A DNA stretch of 27,405 nucleotides from Bacteroidales bacterium (GTDB lineage: Bacteria > Bacteroidota > Bacteroidia > Bacteroidales > WCHB1-69), in the NCBI GenBank assembly GCA_028683685.1, contig JAQUHH010000001.1:1-27405 (forward strand). The letters are read 5' to 3'. A model generated the notes under the pieces. It worked only from the letters and a program-made list of their open reading frames with translations, was not told the DNA's origin and made no database searches. The translations under genes were made by a program, and so were the position numbers. Each line of letters opens with the position of its first letter. The first letter of the stretch is position 1. Positions 26,123 through 27,405 of this stretch are shown here, piece by piece.

Positions 26123-27337
26123 CTATTCCTGAATATGAAGATTATGTCCCATTTTATCTTGTTTTGTTTTTAAATATTTCTTATTGAATTTATTGGGTTC
26201 AATAATCATCGGAACCGTATCTACAATTTCGATTCCATGTCCAGACAAACCGACTCGTTTGGTTGGATTATTGGTAATCAAACGGATTTTGCATGCGTTT
26301 AACATTCTCAAAATCTGAGCTCCCACTCCATAATCTCTTTCATCAGCTTTGAAACCAAGTTCAATATTGGCTTCAATTGTATCCCGTCCAAGCTCTTGAA
26401 GATGGTAGGCTTTTAGCTTGTTTACCAAGCCAATCCCTCTGCCCTCTTGCATCATATACAAAACAATTCCTTTTCCTTCGGCTTCTACCATGCGCATCGA
26501 TTCGTGAAGTTGATCTCCGCAATCGCATTTGCAGGAACCAAAAATATCGCCAGTAGCACAGGAAGAGTGAACTCTAACCAGAATGTCTTCTCCTTCTTCC
26601 CATTCGCCTTTGGTCAATGCTAAATGAACTACTTCGTTGTCGATTTGACGGAAAGCAGACAATTTGAAATGTCCAAATTCAGTAGGCATATCCACTGTTT
26701 CTTCTTGAACAACCAAAGATTCTGTTTTTAATCGATATTTGATTAAATCTTTGATGGTAATAACTTTCATGTCAAATTTTTCAGCAATTTGCATTAAATC
26801 AGGCAAACGAGCCATGGATCCGTCTTCATTCATCACTTCTACGATCACACCAGAAGGATAAAACCCTGCCATCTTTGCAATATCTAAAGAGGCTTCTGTG
26901 TGTCCGGCACGGCGTAAAACGCCACCACTCACCGACCGAAGAGGAAAAATGTGTCCAGGGCGACCCAAATCGCTTGGTTTTGTATCTTTATCAACGAGTG
27001 CTTTAATGGTCATTGCTCTGTCAAAGGCAGAAATACCGGTGGTACAGCCATTGCCAAGCAAATCCACAGAAACCGTAAATTGAGTTTCATGGGTAGACGT
27101 ATTATCTAATACCATCATTGGTATTTGCAATTCATTTAGACGCTCTCCCGATATAGAAGTACACACCAAACCTCTTCCATGGGTAACCATAAAGTTAACC
27201 TTCTCGGTTGTTATAAGTTCCGACGCTGTTACAAAATCACCTTCATTTTCACGATCTTCATCATCTACAACAATGATAATCTTGCCCTGACGAATGTCTT
27301 CAATGGCCTCTTCAATAGTATTTATTCTTGCTTTCAT
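26123..27337 (-). CDS. ribBA: Bifunctional 3,4-dihydroxy-2-butanone-4-phosphate synthase / GTP cyclohydrolase II
   Basis: [27 protein letters not shown]; [44 protein letters not shown]. Confidence 0.97.
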   Translation of the reverse strand: MKARINTIEEAIEDIRQGKIIIVVDDEDRENEGDFVTASELITTEKVNFMVTHGRGLVCTSISGERLNELQIPMMVLDNTSTHETQFTVSVDLLGNGCTTGISAFDRAMTIKALVDKDTKPSDLGRPGHIFPLRSVSGGVLRRAGHTEASLDIAKMAGFYPSGVIVEVMNEDGSMARLPDLMQIAEKFDMKVITIKDLIKYRLKTESLVVQEETVDMPTEFGHFKLSAFRQIDNEVVHLALTKGEWEEGEDILVRVHSSCATGDIFGSCKCDCGDQLHESMRMVEAEGKGIVLYMMQEGRGIGLVNKLKAYHLQELGRDTIEANIELGFKADERDYGVGAQILRMLNACKIRLITNNPTKRVGLSGHGIEIVDTVPMIIEPNKFNKKYLKTKQDKMGHNLHIQE

Positions 27338-27362
27338 TTCTTAGGAAACTTGATATTTTGTA

Positions 27363-27370
27363 CAAAAGTA
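27363..27370 (-). promoter_or_regulatory. -7 promoter box (TACTTTTG) for ribBA
   Basis: TAnnTTTG on the minus strand 25 nt upstream of ATG 27337. Confidence 0.6.
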
Positions 27371-27405
27371 CGACTATTTAAAAGAAAACAAAAAAATATC
27401 TCTTT

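Overview
AT-rich window of Bacteroidota (Bacteroidales-like) chromosome. The assignment rests on TAnnTTTG -7 promoter boxes, a T9SS C-terminal domain and typical gene pairs (ruvX-def, tgt-lptF/G). Most of it is housekeeping: dapD, ruvX, def, pnuC plus a NadR-type kinase, recR, a sodium:solute symporter, an AddA/RecB-like helicase-nuclease, a SNF2 helicase, tgt, an LptF/G permease, two GT-B glycosyltransferases and ribBA. It also holds two GT-C membrane proteins, a T9SS-secreted agmatine/peptidylarginine deiminase-family protein and a His-rich putative metal transporter. The unusual parts are: (1) short 7- and 8-bp tandem arrays lying directly 3' of genes, including a 21-unit heptamer array with a 56-bp higher-order duplication; on the mRNA strand nearly every unit begins GT(A/G)A, so the arrays place TAA/TGA stops in all three frames; (2) a DnaB paralog reduced to its C-terminal domain with degenerate motifs, in an apparent operon with a MORN lipoprotein and a DUF2148-like Fe-S protein; (3) a type II TA module whose RelE/ParE toxin has one in-frame amber stop and is missed by the ORF track. 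No CRISPR array, rRNA, tRNA, transposase or integrase was seen. All family assignments come from motif recognition, not database searches.
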